Shown: positions 38,338 through 49,535, counted from the stretch's first letter. The stretch: DNA of 64,000 nucleotides from an uncultured Thermoleophilaceae bacterium (GCA_963734165.1 CAVTFZ010000001.1:247546-311545); one strand, 5' to 3'. Made by a program: numbers and translations. Notes: generated by a model not told the origin, from the letters alone.

Positions 38338-39905
38338 CGGGACCTCCTGCCCCGCGCGCCCGCGGAGCTGCCGTTGAGCCGCGCATAGAGGCGGCGGTTC
38401 GCCTTGTAGATGCTCGTGAAGGCGGCATAGAGCTCGTCGTAGGTCGCGACGTTGCGCGGGTCCGGCGCATGCACGGCGGCCACCTCGGCACGGCCGTGCA
38501 GCTCGCTCGCGCCGCAGCTCGCCCAGCGACAGCCCGGCGAGCAAGCGCCGCGCCGCGCACGCCGGCGAGCACAGGATCGGCGATCTGGCGCACCTCGCGG
38601 CCGAGCACGTCGGCCATGATCTGGCACCACAGCGCCGAGCGGGCGCCGCCGCCGATGAAGGCCAGCGGCTCCAGCCGGCGCTTGGCGAAGCGGGTCCACG
38701 TAGCGCGCCATCCAGCGGGCGTTCAGCGCCACGCCCTCGAAGACCGCGCGCGCGACCTGCTCCGGCGCGGTGGCCGAGCGAGAGGTTGAAACAGGCCGCC
38801 GCGCACGAGATGGTCGTCGACGGGCGTGCGCTCGCCGTTGAGCCAGGGGTGAAGATCACCCCGCCGGCGCCGGGCGGCGCCTCGGCGGCGAGCTGCTCGA
38901 GCGCGCGTAGCCCTCCTCGGCGGGCGCCGTGCCGAACAGCGCCGCACGCAGCTGCTCGACGCTCGCGCCGGCGGTCTGCTGCTCGCACGAGACGATGTAG
39001 CGGCCGGGCAGCGCGGCCGGCAGGGAGGCGATCGAGTGCAGCGCGTCGGTGCGCTTGAACGGCACGTGGCACGAGATCCAGGAGGAGGTGCCGACGTAGA
39101 GGTGCGCCGCGTAGTCCTCGACCGCGCCGGAGCCGACTGCCGCCGACATCGTGTCCGGGCTGCCCGCCACGACCGGCACGCCGGCGCCGATCCCGAGGTC
39201 GGCGGCCGCGGCGGGGGTGACTCGCCGAGCACGGCGCTGGCGGGCAGCAGCTCGGGCAGCTTCGCGCGCTCGACGCCGGCCAGCCGCAGCAGCCCGGCGT
39301 CGTAGCGCACGCGCTCGAGGTCGCGCGTGTCGGTCAGCCAGTGCAGCGTGGCGCTGGCGCTGGTGGCCGCGGCGCGTACCGGTCAGCTTCAACCCCAGCC
39401 AGTCGATCGGCTCGAGGAAGACCGCGGTGCGCGCGTACAGGTCCGGCTGCTCGTGCTTGAGGTAGAGGACGTGGCCGAGCGAGTCGCGGCCGCTGAGCGA
39501 CGGCGCGCCGCCGGTCAGGCGCAGCCAGCGCGCGACCTTGAGCGGCGCGTAGCCCGCGACCGGACCGCCGGCCAGCCGCTGCGCGTGTGGCGCGCCGCGG
39601 GAGTCGAGCCAGCTCAGCGCCGGGGCCAGCGGCTCGCCGTCGTCGCCGACCGCGACCGTGCCGGCCCACTGGCCGGTGACGGCGACCGCGTCGCCGCCGG
39701 CAGCCCGCGGCGCGGCAGCCGCTCGCGCCGCCGTGCCGATCGCCTGCCACCAGTCGGCCGGTGACTGCTCGACGCCGCCTCCGGGCAGCCGCTGCAACCC
39801 GATCGCCTCCTGCTCGGCGCCGGCCACGCGGCCGTCGAGCCCGACCAGGGCTACCTTGGGCCCGCCGGTGCCGAGGTCGATGGCGAGGACGTGCCGGACG
39901 GCCAC
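38334..39905 (-). CDS. FGGY-family carbohydrate (xylulo-/glycero-like) kinase; at least four frame breaks
   Basis: ORF 38856..39905 has [21 protein letters not shown]...WLDSRG...[15 protein letters not shown]...VGTSSWI. The C-terminus is in ORF 38334..38732 (...[27 protein letters not shown]). Its stop overlaps the downstream ATG (ATGA). Confidence 0.7.
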
Positions 39906-39998
39906 GGGCCGGACGCTAGCCGAGCCGGGACGGCGGCTCGCGCAGCTGCTGTGCGGCGGTGAAGAAGCTCGCCCGACCCCTCCCTCCGAGCTGGAAGA

Positions 39999-41287
39999 TC
40001 AGACCGCGGCGGCGGGGGCGAGCTGCGGATAGAGCGGGTAGCGCTCCGCCAGGGCGCGCGTGCGCTCGAGGAGGTCGGCGCGCGCCGACTCCGAGAAGTC
40101 GCCGGTCAGCGCCTCGCCGATCACTCGGCCGACCTCGCGGAAGTCGTCGAGCTGGAAGCCGCGGGTGGCGAGCGCCGGGGCGCCGATCCGCAGTCCCGAC
40201 GACACGGCCGGCGGGCGCGGGTCGAAGGGCACGGCGTTGCGGTTGACGGTGATGCCGATCTCGTGCAGCCGGTCCTCTGCCTGCTGGCCGTCGAGCTCGG
40301 AGTCGCGCAGGTCGGCCAGCACGAGGTGCACGTCGGTGCCGCCGGTGAGCACGTTCACCCCCGCGGCGAGCATCTCCTCGGCCACCGCGGCCGCGCCGGC
40401 GCGCGTGCGCCGCTGGCGCTCGCGGAACAGCTCGCTCTGGGCGACCTTGAAGGCGACGGCCTTGCCTGCCACGACGTGCATCAGCGGCCCGCCCTGCTGA
40501 CCTGGGAAGACAGCCGAGTTGATCTTCTTGGCGTACTCCTCGCGGCAGAGGATCATGCCGCCGCGCGCGCCGCCGATCGTCTTGTGCACGGTCGTGGTGA
40601 CCACGTCCGCGTAGGGCACCGGGCTCGGATGCTGCTCGGCCGCGACCAGTCCGGCGAAGTGCGCCATGTCGCACATCAGGTAGGCGCCGACCGAGTCGGC
40701 GATCTCGCGGAAGCGCTTGAAGTCGAGCTGGCGCGGGTAGGCCGACCAGCCGGCGAGGATCAGCTTCGGCCGCGCGTCCTCCGCGATGCGCGCGACCTCG
40801 TCCATGTCGACCAGCGAGTCCTCCTCGCGGACCCCGTAGGCGACGACGTCGTAGAGCTTGCCCGAGAAGTTCGATCCGCATCCCGTGCGAGAGGTGGCCG
40901 CCGTGGTCGAGCTGCATCCCGAGGATGCGGTCGCCCGGCTCGAGCAGCGCCATGTAGGCGGCGGCGTTGGCCTGGGCGCCGGAGTGCGGCTGCACGTTCG
41001 CGTGCTCGGCGCCGAAGACGCTGCTTGGCGCGCTCGATCGCGAGCTCCTCAGCCACGTCGACGTACTCGCAGCCGCCGTAGTAGCGCCGACCCGGATAGC
41101 CCTCGGCGTACTTGTTGGTGAGCACCGAGCCCTGGCAGTCGAGGATCGCCTGCGGCACGAAGTTCTCGGAGGCGATCATCTCGAGCGTCGACTCCTGCCG
41201 CGCCGCCTCGTCGGCGAGCACCTGGGCGATCTCGGGATCCACCTCGGCGACGGGCTTGGTGAAGTAGTCGGGGCTCAACTCGCTCAT
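39999..41287 (-). CDS. glyA: Serine hydroxymethyltransferase; at least three frame breaks
   Basis: ORF 40760..41287 ([42 protein letters not shown]). ORF 39916..40995 ([37 protein letters not shown]). ORF 39999..40805 ([22 protein letters not shown]-Lys). Confidence 0.9.
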
Positions 41288-41904
41288 TGGCTCGACGATA
41301 GCCGCTCGTCCAGCTCGACGGCTCGCACGGCGCCCTCGCGCACGACGGCGTAGCTGCCGTCCTCGTGGTAGCGGGTCAGATCGACCACGGTGGAGGGCGT
41401 GCCGGGCAGCTCGCCGGCGTCCAGGACGAGGTCCACGCTCGCCCGGATCCGCGCGTCGGCGTCCTTCACGCGGCGGATGTCGGCGCCGCCGGAGGGGTTG
41501 GCGCTCGACTGGAGCACCGGCCAGCGCATGCCGGCCAGCGGCGCCAGCGGGCCGGTGAGCGCCGGCACCCGCAGCCCGAGCCGCTCGGGCTCGGGGCCGC
41601 AGGCCAGCGGGAAGCGACGGGCCGGGTTGGGCAGCAGCAGCGTCAACGCGCCCGGCAGCAGCCGCTCCAGCGCGGCGCGCGTCCGCTCCGGCAGCTCCGG
41701 CAGCGCCGCCAGCGCCAGCTCGAGGCCGAAGAACATGACCGCGGCTGGCCGCTGCGCCGGCCGCCCCTTGAGCCGGTACAGCCGTTCCACCCCCTCCCGC
41801 GAATCCGGCTCGGTCGCCAGCCCATAGACCGTGTCCGCCGGAAACAGCGCCACTCCGCCCACGGCGATGCAGCGCTCGAAGGTCTCGACGTCTCGCGCGT
41901 CCAT
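41284..41904 (-). CDS. tsaC: L-threonylcarbamoyladenylate synthase (Sua5/YrdC/YwlC family)
   Basis: ATG 41902-41904 within ORF 41284..42069. [18 protein letters not shown]...RLYRLKGRP...LGLRVP...[11 protein letters not shown]...PSTVVD. Its stop overlaps the glyA ATG. Confidence 0.8.
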   Translation of the reverse strand: MDARDVETFERCIAVGGVALFPADTVYGLATEPDSREGVERLYRLKGRPAQRPAAVMFFGLELALAALPELPERTRAALERLLPGALTLLLPNPARRFPLACGPEPERLGLRVPALTGPLAPLAGMRWPVLQSSANPSGGADIRRVKDADARIRASVDLVLDAGELPGTPSTVVDLTRYHEDGSYAVVREGAVRAVELDERLSSSQ

Positions 41905-41974
41905 CGAACGAGGTTTTACCGACCCGTCACCCACGTTACCCACAGCGCACGAAGACCGTGCTTCGATCGACGCC

Positions 41975-42490
41975 GTGAACCCGCGCAGCACGTCCCTCCT
42001 TCTCGATCTCGCTCGCGAGCAGCAGCGGGTGGTCTTCCAGCAGGCCAACAGCCTGGAGACGAAGGCCACGACGCTCCTGGGCTTCGCCGGCCTCCTGCTC
42101 GGACTGCTGTTCAGCAGCGACCTGGCCGCCGCTCACTGGAATGGGCTGCTCACGCTCGGCGTCGCGCTACTCGGCAGCGCTCTATTGCCGCTCGGAGCGA
42201 CGCTCTATCCATCGGAGTTGAATGCGAATCCCGCTCTCGACGAGCTGATCAGCGGAGGACGTTCGAGGAAGCCGCCCGAGATCGAGTCTCTCGTCGCAAC
42301 CTCGCTGCAGCGCTCCATCGAGGCTGCCGCAAGAGTGATCCGTGTCAAGTCGCAGCTCGTTCGTGGCGGCTCGATCTTGATCGCAATCGCCGTAGCGGTC
42401 GTCGCAAGTCGCTTCGTCTACATCCTCGAAGCAGAGACACCTCAATCACCGCCGTCAATCTCGACATCGCTCGCCTGCATATACTTATAG
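41975..42490 (+). CDS. Hypothetical 3-TM membrane protein in a lower-GC insert
   Basis: GTG 41975 in the frame of ORF 41831..42490. VNPRSTSLLLDLAREQQRVVFQQANSLETKATTLLGFAGLLLGLLF...LLTLGVALLGSALLPLGATL...GSILIAIAVAVVASRFVYIL. It is on the opposite strand to all its neighbours. Confidence 0.45.
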   Translation: MNPRSTSLLLDLAREQQRVVFQQANSLETKATTLLGFAGLLLGLLFSSDLAAAHWNGLLTLGVALLGSALLPLGATLYPSELNANPALDELISGGRSRKPPEIESLVATSLQRSIEAAARVIRVKSQLVRGGSILIAIAVAVVASRFVYILEAETPQSPPSISTSLACIYL

Positions 42491-42495
42491 TCATC

Positions 42496-42711
42496 ATGAC
42501 CACATCACGTGAGATACGCGACGCCAAGCCGGTATCGGAGTTCACGGACGAGGACTTCGCCGCATACGACTTTCCGATCGAGGTCCCGTTCTTCTGGGGC
42601 ACGCGCCAGCGCTTCAAGGCATGGCGCAAGCGGCGGGCGCTAGCCAAGCGCGTGGCCGGTGGTGACGCGCTCGCGGCCCGCGAGGTCGCGGAGGGTGACG
42701 GCTCCGTCTAG
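42496..42711 (+). CDS. Hypothetical small protein (71 aa)
   Basis: ATG 42496, 6 nt after the previous stop: MTTSREIRDAKPVSEFTDEDFAAYDFPIEVPFFWGTRQRFKAWRKRRALAKR... Its 3' end overlaps the convergent prmC 3' end by about 70 nt, which weakens the call. Confidence 0.3.
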   Translation: MTTSREIRDAKPVSEFTDEDFAAYDFPIEVPFFWGTRQRFKAWRKRRALAKRVAGGDALAAREVAEGDGSV

Positions 42712-43437
42712 GAGGGCGCGGACCGCCTCGGCCTGCGCGGGGGCGTGCTCGAGCGCGAGCCGGATGCCGGGTGGTGCGGAGGAGGCCAGGGCGCGGATCG
42801 CGTCGAGCCCGTCCGCGCCGGAGAGCAGCGCCTCGCGAGGCTCGTAGCGGGTGATCTCCGGGGCGAGGCCGGCCCACTCGTCCTCGCGCACGTACGGCAG
42901 GTTGGCGAGCACGAGGTCGTAGTCGCCCGGCGGCAGCCCGTCGCCCTGCGTGACGTCGAGCGGCAGTCCCAGGCGGGCCGCGTTCGCGCGCGCGACCTCC
43001 ACCGCACCCGCCGACAGGTCGGAGGCGCTCACGACGAGGTCCGGGCGCTCGTCGAGCAAGGCGAGGGCGAGCGCGCCCGAGCCGGTGCCGACGTCGTGGA
43101 CGCGAGCGCCCTCGGGCAGCTCGAGCGCAACCTCGACCAGCAGCTCGGTCTCGGGTCGTGGGATCAGCACCCGCGAGTCGACGGCCAGCTCGATCTGGCG
43201 AAAGCCCTTGCGCCCGAGGATGTAGGCCACCGGCTCGCGCCGCGCCCGGCGTCGCACGCGCTCGCCGATGACCCGCGCCTGGGCGCCGCCGATCTCCAGC
43301 TCGGGGTGGGTGAACAGCGTGGCGCGCGGCACGCCGAGGGCATCGGCGATCAGCAGCTCGGCATCGAGGCGGGGCGTGTCGCAACCGGCGGCGGCAAGCG
43401 CCGGCTCGGCCGCGCCGAGCGCGTCGCGGACGGTCAA
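42640..43437 (-). CDS. prmC: Release-factor glutamine N5-methyltransferase
   Basis: ORF 42640..43437 (TTG start). PRLDAELLIADALGV...REPVAYILGRKGFRQIEL...LIPRPETE...HDVGTGSGALAL...LVLANLPYV (NLPY where NPPY is canonical). Confidence 0.8.
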   Translation of the reverse strand: MTVRDALGAAEPALAAAGCDTPRLDAELLIADALGVPRATLFTHPELEIGGAQARVIGERVRRRARREPVAYILGRKGFRQIELAVDSRVLIPRPETELLVEVALELPEGARVHDVGTGSGALALALLDERPDLVVSASDLSAGAVEVARANAARLGLPLDVTQGDGLPPGDYDLVLANLPYVREDEWAGLAPEITRYEPREALLSGADGLDAIRALASSAPPGIRLALEHAPAQAEAVRALLDGAVTLRDLAGRERVTTGHALG

Positions 43438-43499
43438 GCGGCCGCGCGGCCGAGGGCCGACGGCCCGGGCTCGTCCGGTCGAGCGCGCCGCGGCATCGC

Positions 43500-44544
43500 T
43501 CAGGCCGCGCTGGCCTCGAGCATGCGGCGCTTCTCCTCGGCCTCCAGCGCGGCGGTGAAGTCGCCCAGCTCACCCGCTAGCACGGCGGGAAGGTTGTTCT
43601 TGGTCACGTTCACCCTGTGGTCGGTGACGCGGTCCTGGGGGAAGTTGTAGGTGCGGATCTTCTCCGCGCGCGTGCCGCTGCCCACCTGGGCCAGCCGCGC
43701 GGCGGCGACCTCGGCCTGCTGCGCCGCCAGCTCGCGCTCCAGCAGCCGCGCGCGCAGCACGCGCATCGCCTTGTCGCGGTTCTGCAGCTGGGACTTCTCG
43801 TCCTGCATCGAGACCACGAGCCCGGTCGGCTTGTGGGTGATGCGCACGGCGGAGTCGGTCGTGTTGACCGACTGACCGCCCGGCCCCGAGGAGCGGTAGA
43901 CGTCGATCTGGAGGTCGTTGGGGTCGATGTCGACATCGACCTCCTCCGCCTCGGGCAGCACCGCGACCGTGGCGGTCGAGGTGTGGATGCGTCCCTGCGA
44001 CTCGGTCTCGGGGACCCGCTGCACGCGGTGGGTGCCGCCCTCGTACTTGAACACGCTGTAGGCGCCCTGACCCTTCACCGCGAAGGTGTAGTGGCCGTCG
44101 GTGAGCTCGATCGCCTCGCTCTTGAAGCCGCGCTGCTCGGCGTAGCGGCTGAGCATCCGGTAGAGGTCGCTGGCGAACAGGCCCGCCTCCTCGCCGCCGG
44201 TGCCGGGACGGATCTCGACGATCACGTCCTTGTCGTCGTTGGGATCCGGCTCGACCATGGCCAACCGGATCTCCTCCTCGAGCTCCTCCAGCCGCCGCTC
44301 GGAGCTCTGCAGCAGCTCGCGCAGCTCCGGATCCTCCCCCTCGGCGAGCAGCTCGCGGGCGCCCGCGGCGTCGTCGGCCCGCCGGCGCCACTCGCGCGCC
44401 AGCTCGCTCGCCGACTCGAGCCCGCGGTAGGCGCGACCGACCTCGGCGTAGCGCCGCTGGTCGGCGATCACGTCGGGGTCTGCCATCTGACCCGAGAGCT
44501 CGCCGAAACGGCTCTCGATCTGCTCCACGAGCTTCTCGATCACG
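43500..44544 (-). CDS. prfA: Peptide chain release factor 1
   Basis: GTG 44542-44544 within ORF 43500..44675. ...RPGTGGEEAGLFA...GTHRVQRVPETESQGRIHTSTATVAVLPE...YRSSGPGGQSVNTTDSAVRITH. The frame is intact. Confidence 0.9.
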
Positions 44545-44583
44545 CCGAGAAGGGTACGGCCTGCTGCTACGAGGGCACGGCCT

Positions 44584-45600
44584 CTAGGCCACGACCTCCA
44601 TGCCGACCTTGTCGTCGTCGCTGGCGGCTGCGGGATTCTCGACGGCGAGCACCGCCTCGAGCGCAGCGATCGCAACCGCCAGCTGCGGGAGGTCGGGCTC
44701 GCGCGTGGTCAGCCGCTGGAGCTGGATGCCGGGCCACATCAGCGCGCGCGCCCAGCGCTTGGTGCGGTTCTTGCCGAACCACTTGATCAGCTCGAAGGCG
44801 AGCCCCGCCACGATCGGGATGCCGACGATGCGGGAGATGAACAGCCAGTGCCAGTCGAGCTTGCCGAAAGGCGCGAACACGACGATCGCCACGATCATCA
44901 CCAGCAGCAGGAAGCTCGTGCCGCAGCGCGGGTGGAAGCGCGAGAACTCCTTCGCGTTCTCAGGCGTCAGCGGCACGCCGGCCTCGTAGCAGGAGATCGT
45001 CTTGTGCTCCGCGCCGTGGTACTGGAACACGCGCTGCAGATCCTTCATGCGCGAGATCAGCCACAGGTAGCCGAGGAAGATCGAGATCCGCACCAGCTTC
45101 TCGATCACCACGAACACGACGCCGTTGGGGATCGAGTCGGAGAAGAGCTTGGTCAGGCCCGCCGGCAGCAGGAAGAAGAGGCCGACCGCGAACAGCATCG
45201 CGAAGACGACGGTGCCGACCCAGGCCCCGCCGCTGAGGTCCTCCTGCTTGCCATCCTCGTCGGGCGGCATCTGGGCGTTGGCCGAGATGCGCGAGCGCCT
45301 TGAAGCCGATCTTGAGCGACTCCACCAGCGCGGTCACGCCGCGGATCACGGGCAGCCGCAGCACGCCGGTGGCGCTTGGACCAGGAGACGAGCGGGAAGG
45401 AGACTGACCTCGATCTCGCCCTGCGCCCCGTCCTTGGAGGTCGGGCCGCCGGCGGCGAGCTGCTCGGGCGAGGGCTTGCGCACCGCGACCGCCCAGGTCG
45501 AGATGCCGCGCATCATCACGCCCTCGAGGACCGCCTGGCCACCGATGGGCGCGTCTCTGGTGGCCTCGCGGGTGCCCTCTGCAGCGCTCACATCACCCAT
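44584..45600 (-). CDS. DUF1385 family membrane protein; two frame breaks
   Basis: ORF 45346..45600 (IGGQAVLEGVMMRG). Manual middle segment (VLRLPVIRGVTALVESLKIGFKAL). ORF 44584..45270 (FQYHGAEHKTISCYE...RFHPRCGTSF...LMWPGIQLQRLTTREP). Confidence 0.7.
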
Positions 45601-46398
45601 GGTAATGCCGCGCGCGCGTCACGACGGCGGTTAGCCGCGAATGCAGGTCGGCGCAGGTCGCGCGCTGACGGTTGTTGCCCTCGGCCGACTCGACCACGAC
45701 GCCGTCCGGATCGACGTCGGCCTCGGCCCAGCCGTCGCAGGCCGGGCCGCGCACGACGACGCGGGTCCAGACGCCTGCGTCGAGCGCCGCGACCGGCTCG
45801 ACGTCCACCACCGCGCCGTCCACCGTCAGGCGCACCGCCGTGCCGCCGGCCGCGCCGAGACCGGCGTTGCCGACCCGCAGCCAGTAGCGCCAGATGCCCG
45901 GCGTGTCGGTGGGCTTCGCGCCGGCGACCCGCACGCGCAGGTCGGGCAGGTGGCTCACCTGGTCACAGGGCGCCGAGCGCCGCTGGGCGCTGCGGATGAC
46001 GGCGCCATCGGCGTCCAGCCAGCGGTAGTCCACGCGTACGCGGTAGCTGCCGCCCGCGGCGAGGTTGAGCACCTGCTGCTTCCAGGCGAACGTCCCGACT
46101 CCCGCCTTCGAGCGGCGCCAGGCGCCGAGACCGGGCACGTGCAGACGCTTCTCGGCCTTCTTGGTCGAGGCTGGGATGCCAGCAGCGTGAAGCGCATCTC
46201 CATGCGGTCGGTGCCGGGCACGCGCGTCATGCGTCCCTGGAAGACCGCGCTCTGATCGGTCTGCGAGCAGGAGAGCAGCTTGACCGTCGCGGTCCTCTTG
46301 CCCCCCTTCGCGGGTAGCGCGCCAGCGGGGGCCGGCGCGGCCCAGGCAAGGGCCAGCGCGGCGGCTCCGCAGAGCGTTATCAGCGACGAACGACGCAT
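45593..46398 (-). CDS. Secreted protein with C-terminal CARDB-like domain; one frame break
   Basis: ORF 45955..46398 has the signal peptide MRRSSLITLCGAAALALAWAAPAPAGA. The ORF 45593..46495 tail has LPDLRVRVAG...YWLRVGNAGLGAAGGTAVRLTVDG...VDPDGVVVESAEGNN. The break is near 46170. Confidence 0.55.
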
Positions 46399-46442
46399 GC
46401 CCGTGAGAACAGGCGACAGCCGCCGGAGTTGCGGACTCGGCG

Positions 46443-46652
46443 CTACCCGCGACGACTGCGCGCGGCGCGGCGGCGGAAGCGCTCGACGCGCCCACCGGTG
46501 TCGACCAGCTTCTGCCGGCCCGTGTAGAAGGGGTGGCAGTTGGAGCAGATCTCGACGTGCAGCTCAGGCTTGGTGGAGCGAGTCCAGAACTCGTTGCCGC
46601 AGGTGCAGCGCACGTGGGCGGGGACGTACTTGGGATGGATGCCTTGCTTCAT
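46443..46652 (-). CDS. rpmE: 50S ribosomal protein L31 (Zn-ribbon type)
   Basis: ATG 46650-46652: [59 protein letters not shown]. Confidence 0.9.
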   Translation of the reverse strand: MKQGIHPKYVPAHVRCTCGNEFWTRSTKPELHVEICSNCHPFYTGRQKLVDTGGRVERFRRRAARSRRG

Positions 46653-47749
46653 TGCCCCTCCGAGTTTACTCGGCGCGAGCCGGAGCGCCGTCGTGCCCAG
46701 CCCTTGAGGCGCGTCCACCAGGTCGTCGGCGGTCCGAAGCGGGCCGGCGGCGGCTGCTTGGCCCGCACCAGCGCCACCCACTCGTCGAGTGGCAGCGAGC
46801 CCTCGATCAGGTGCGCGAGCGCCAGGATCACCGGTGCCTCGAGGCCCGCGCGCTCGATCGCGTGCGCGAGCAGCCGCACCGTCTCGATCGCCTCGACCGC
46901 CTGGCCGACGCGTGCCGGGATCTCCTCGGCCGGCACGCCCTGGGCGAGCAGCTCGCCGGCGCTGCGGTTGCGCGAGCTGGGCGCGAGCGCGGTCGCCACG
47001 AGGTCGCCGGTGCCGGCGCGCCCGACGAACGTGCGCGCCGTGCCGCCGCTGAGCGATGCGAGCCCGAGCACCTCGAGGAAGATGTCCGCCGCCGCCATGC
47101 CGGCGGCGTTGAGGCCCTGCGCCTGGGTGGCGCCGACCGCCACCGCCGCGACGTTCTTCGCCACCCCGGCCAGCTCCACGCCGACCGGATCGTCGGAGAC
47201 CTCGCAGACCACGCCCGCGCGCTGGAAGGCCTCCGCCACGCCGTGAGCGAGCGCCTCCGAGCGCGAGGCGCAGACCAGGCCGGCTCCGGACTCGACCATC
47301 TCGCGCGCGTGCGCCGGACCGCCGACGCAGGCGACGCGCTCGGCGCCGAACGCCGCCTCGAGCGCGACGGTCGGGGACAGGCCCTCCGGCGGCACGAGCC
47401 CCTTGGCCAGCGACACCACGCCGGCCCGGTCGGAGACCCCCAGCCGCCGCAGCTCCGCCAGCGCCTCGGCCAGCCCCTTCGAGGGCACGGCGAGGAAGAT
47501 CAGGTCCGAGCGGGTGAACTGGTCGTCGCGGGCGCCGAAGGCTGCGAACCTGATGTGCCCGGACAGCTCGACGCCCGGCAGGTAGCGCGCGTTCTCGCGC
47601 TCGGACTCAAGCCGCTGCGCCTGCTCGGCAGTACGGCAGAGCAGTGTCGTGCGCACGCCCGCGCGCTCGAGCAGCACCGCCACGGCCGTGCCGAACGAGC
47701 CAGCGCCGACGACTGCTGCGCGGCGAGGATGCTGTCCGGGGTACCGCAT
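46649..47749 (-). CDS. gpsA: NAD(P)H-dependent glycerol-3-phosphate dehydrogenase
   Basis: ORF 46649..47749. [17 protein letters not shown]...GPAHAREM...[12 protein letters not shown]...[21 protein letters not shown]. It has an unusual roughly 35-aa basic C-terminal tail ending in an overlap with the rpmE start. Confidence 0.8.
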   Translation of the reverse strand: MRYPGQHPRRAAVVGAGSFGTAVAVLLERAGVRTTLLCRTAEQAQRLESERENARYLPGVELSGHIRFAAFGARDDQFTRSDLIFLAVPSKGLAEALAELRRLGVSDRAGVVSLAKGLVPPEGLSPTVALEAAFGAERVACVGGPAHAREMVESGAGLVCASRSEALAHGVAEAFQRAGVVCEVSDDPVGVELAGVAKNVAAVAVGATQAQGLNAAGMAAADIFLEVLGLASLSGGTARTFVGRAGTGDLVATALAPSSRNRSAGELLAQGVPAEEIPARVGQAVEAIETVRLLAHAIERAGLEAPVILALAHLIEGSLPLDEWVALVRAKQPPPARFGPPTTWWTRLKGWARRRSGSRRVNSEGQ

Positions 47750-47790
47750 GGCCGCACGCTATCTGGCGCCGCGCGCCAGGGCGGTGACGC

Positions 47791-49531
47791 TCAGGTGTTG
47801 CGGTACAGCGGGCCGTCGCCGCCCTCGGGCGTCGTCAGCCGGCCGCCCTTGGCCGTGATCGCTCCGCACTGCACGCAGTTCGTGTAGTTGACGATCACGT
47901 CGACGTCGCCCGTCTCCGGCGCGTCCTCGGGGATCTCGTAGACGCCGGCGGGGCACATCCACTGCCAGGTCTCGGCGATCTCGCGCGGCACGTTGGTCTG
48001 CACGCGGATGTGGTTGGGCGCGTCGTCGCGGGTCGCGTTGCCGGTGATGAAGACGCTCGAGAGCTTGTCGAAGATGTACTTGCCGTCGGGCTTCGGATAG
48101 CCCTTCTTGGTCTTGCCGATGAACATCTTCTGGGCGTCGTTGCGGTGCAGCTTCCAGCGCCCGCCCGGGAAGCGGCCCTTGGTGGCGATCATCAGGTTGA
48201 CCAGCGGCCCGCCCTTGATCAGGCCCATCTGGAACGGCTGGCGGGTGTTGCGCTGCTCGTAGAGGTCCTTGCCGATGATCGAGTCCTCGATCGCCTGCTC
48301 GTAGGGCGGAGAAGTCGTTGCTGCTCGGCCTTCAGCGAGGCGTAGATCTGCTCGGCGGCGAGCATGCCCGACTTGATCGCGTAGTGCACGCCCTTGAGCG
48401 CGGCCAGGTTGACCATGCCGCCGGCGTCGCCGACGATCACCGCGCCCGGCATCGTGAGCTTGGGCATCGCCCAGTAGCCGCCGGCCGGGATCGCCTTGGC
48501 GCCCCAGGAGACGCGCTCGCCGCCCTCGAGGATCTTGCGCACCATCGGGTGGGTCTTGAACTGCTGCAGCAGGTCGTGGCGCGGAGGTGGTGGCGTCGGC
48601 GTAGTCGAGGTCGATCACGAAGCCGATCGAGACGAGGTCGTCGCCCGTCTTCTCGTCCTTCATCGGGTAGATCCAGGAGCCGCCGATCTGGTGGTACTTG
48701 GCGGAGATCTTCAGCGGCCAGCCGGCGAGCGTGTGGATCACGCGGTCGAGCGGCTTGGGGACCTTCCAGACCTCCTTGACGCCGAGCTCCCAGACCATCG
48801 GCTCGCGGTCCTCGCCGAGGTCGAACTCGCGGATCGCGGCGCCGGTGAGGTGGCCCCAGCAGCCCTCGGCCAGCACGGTCGCCTTGGCGGCGATGTCGGT
48901 GCCGGGCTCGAAGTTGCCCAGCGGCTCGCCGTCCTTGCCGCGGCCCTTGTCGCCGGAGCGCACGCCCTTGACCTCGCCGTCCTCGACGATCAGCTGCGTC
49001 GCCGCGGTCTCGGTCAGCAGGTAGGCGCCGGCGTCCTCGGCCTGCTGCTGCATGTAGCGGCAGAGCGCGGACACCGAGACGACCTCGTTGCCCTTGTTGT
49101 GCTGCGGCGGCGGCGGCGGGATGCGGATCTTGCGTCTTGCCGTTGGGCAGGAGGTAGATCGCCTCCTTCTCGACCTCGCCGAAGGCGAAGCCCTCCTTGC
49201 GCCACTCCTCGCGCGTCAGGTCGGGGAACAGCTCCTGCAGCGGCCCGGGGCGCATGACCGCGCCCGGACAGGTTGTGGCCGCCGCACGTCTTCGCCTTCT
49301 CGACGATCGCCACCGGGACCTCGCCGAGCGACTCCAGCAGCGCCTCGTCCTCGGCCAGCAGCTGCAGCAGCCGGTTGGCGCAGGCCAGCCCGGCGGTGCC
49401 GCCGCCGACGATCGTGACGCCGATGTCGATCCGCTCGTCCTCGCCGTCGAGCGTGTCCTTGACGAACTCGTCCGGGGGAGTCGACGGGCGGCGGGAAGTC
49501 GTCGGTGCGGACCTGCCGTTGCCGCGGCCAT
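47791..49531 (-). CDS. Electron-transfer flavoprotein:quinone oxidoreductase (ETF-QO/FixC-FixX fusion type); at least four frame breaks
   Basis: The N-terminus was read manually across frames (DERIDIGVTIVGGGTAGLACANRLLQLL...AIVEKAKTCGGHNLSGAVMRPGPLQELFPD). ORF 47791..49074 has AEGCWGHLTG...GGSWIYPM... and the C-terminal ferredoxin-like part (WQWMCPAGVYEIP...NYTNCVQCGAITAKGGRLTTPEGGDGPLY). Confidence 0.8.
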
Positions 49532-49535
49532 CGCG

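Noticed and set aside
42880-42905. PrmC catalytic motif reads NLPY instead of the canonical NPPY.
   Set aside because: It differs by a single base (CTG versus CCG). Given the evident error rate of this sequence, I cannot treat it as a real active-site variant without read support.
43500-44544. Possible programmed +1 frameshift in the release factor gene (as in prfB).
   Set aside because: The gene is RF1 (PET tripeptide context, GGQ) and reads in a single intact frame from GTG 44544. The prfB-type frameshift does not apply.
46649-46760. Basic ~35-aa C-terminal tail of GpsA ([37 protein letters not shown]) overlapping the rpmE start.
   Set aside because: It may simply result from an undetected indel near the true stop. 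There is no independent evidence that it is a functional extension.
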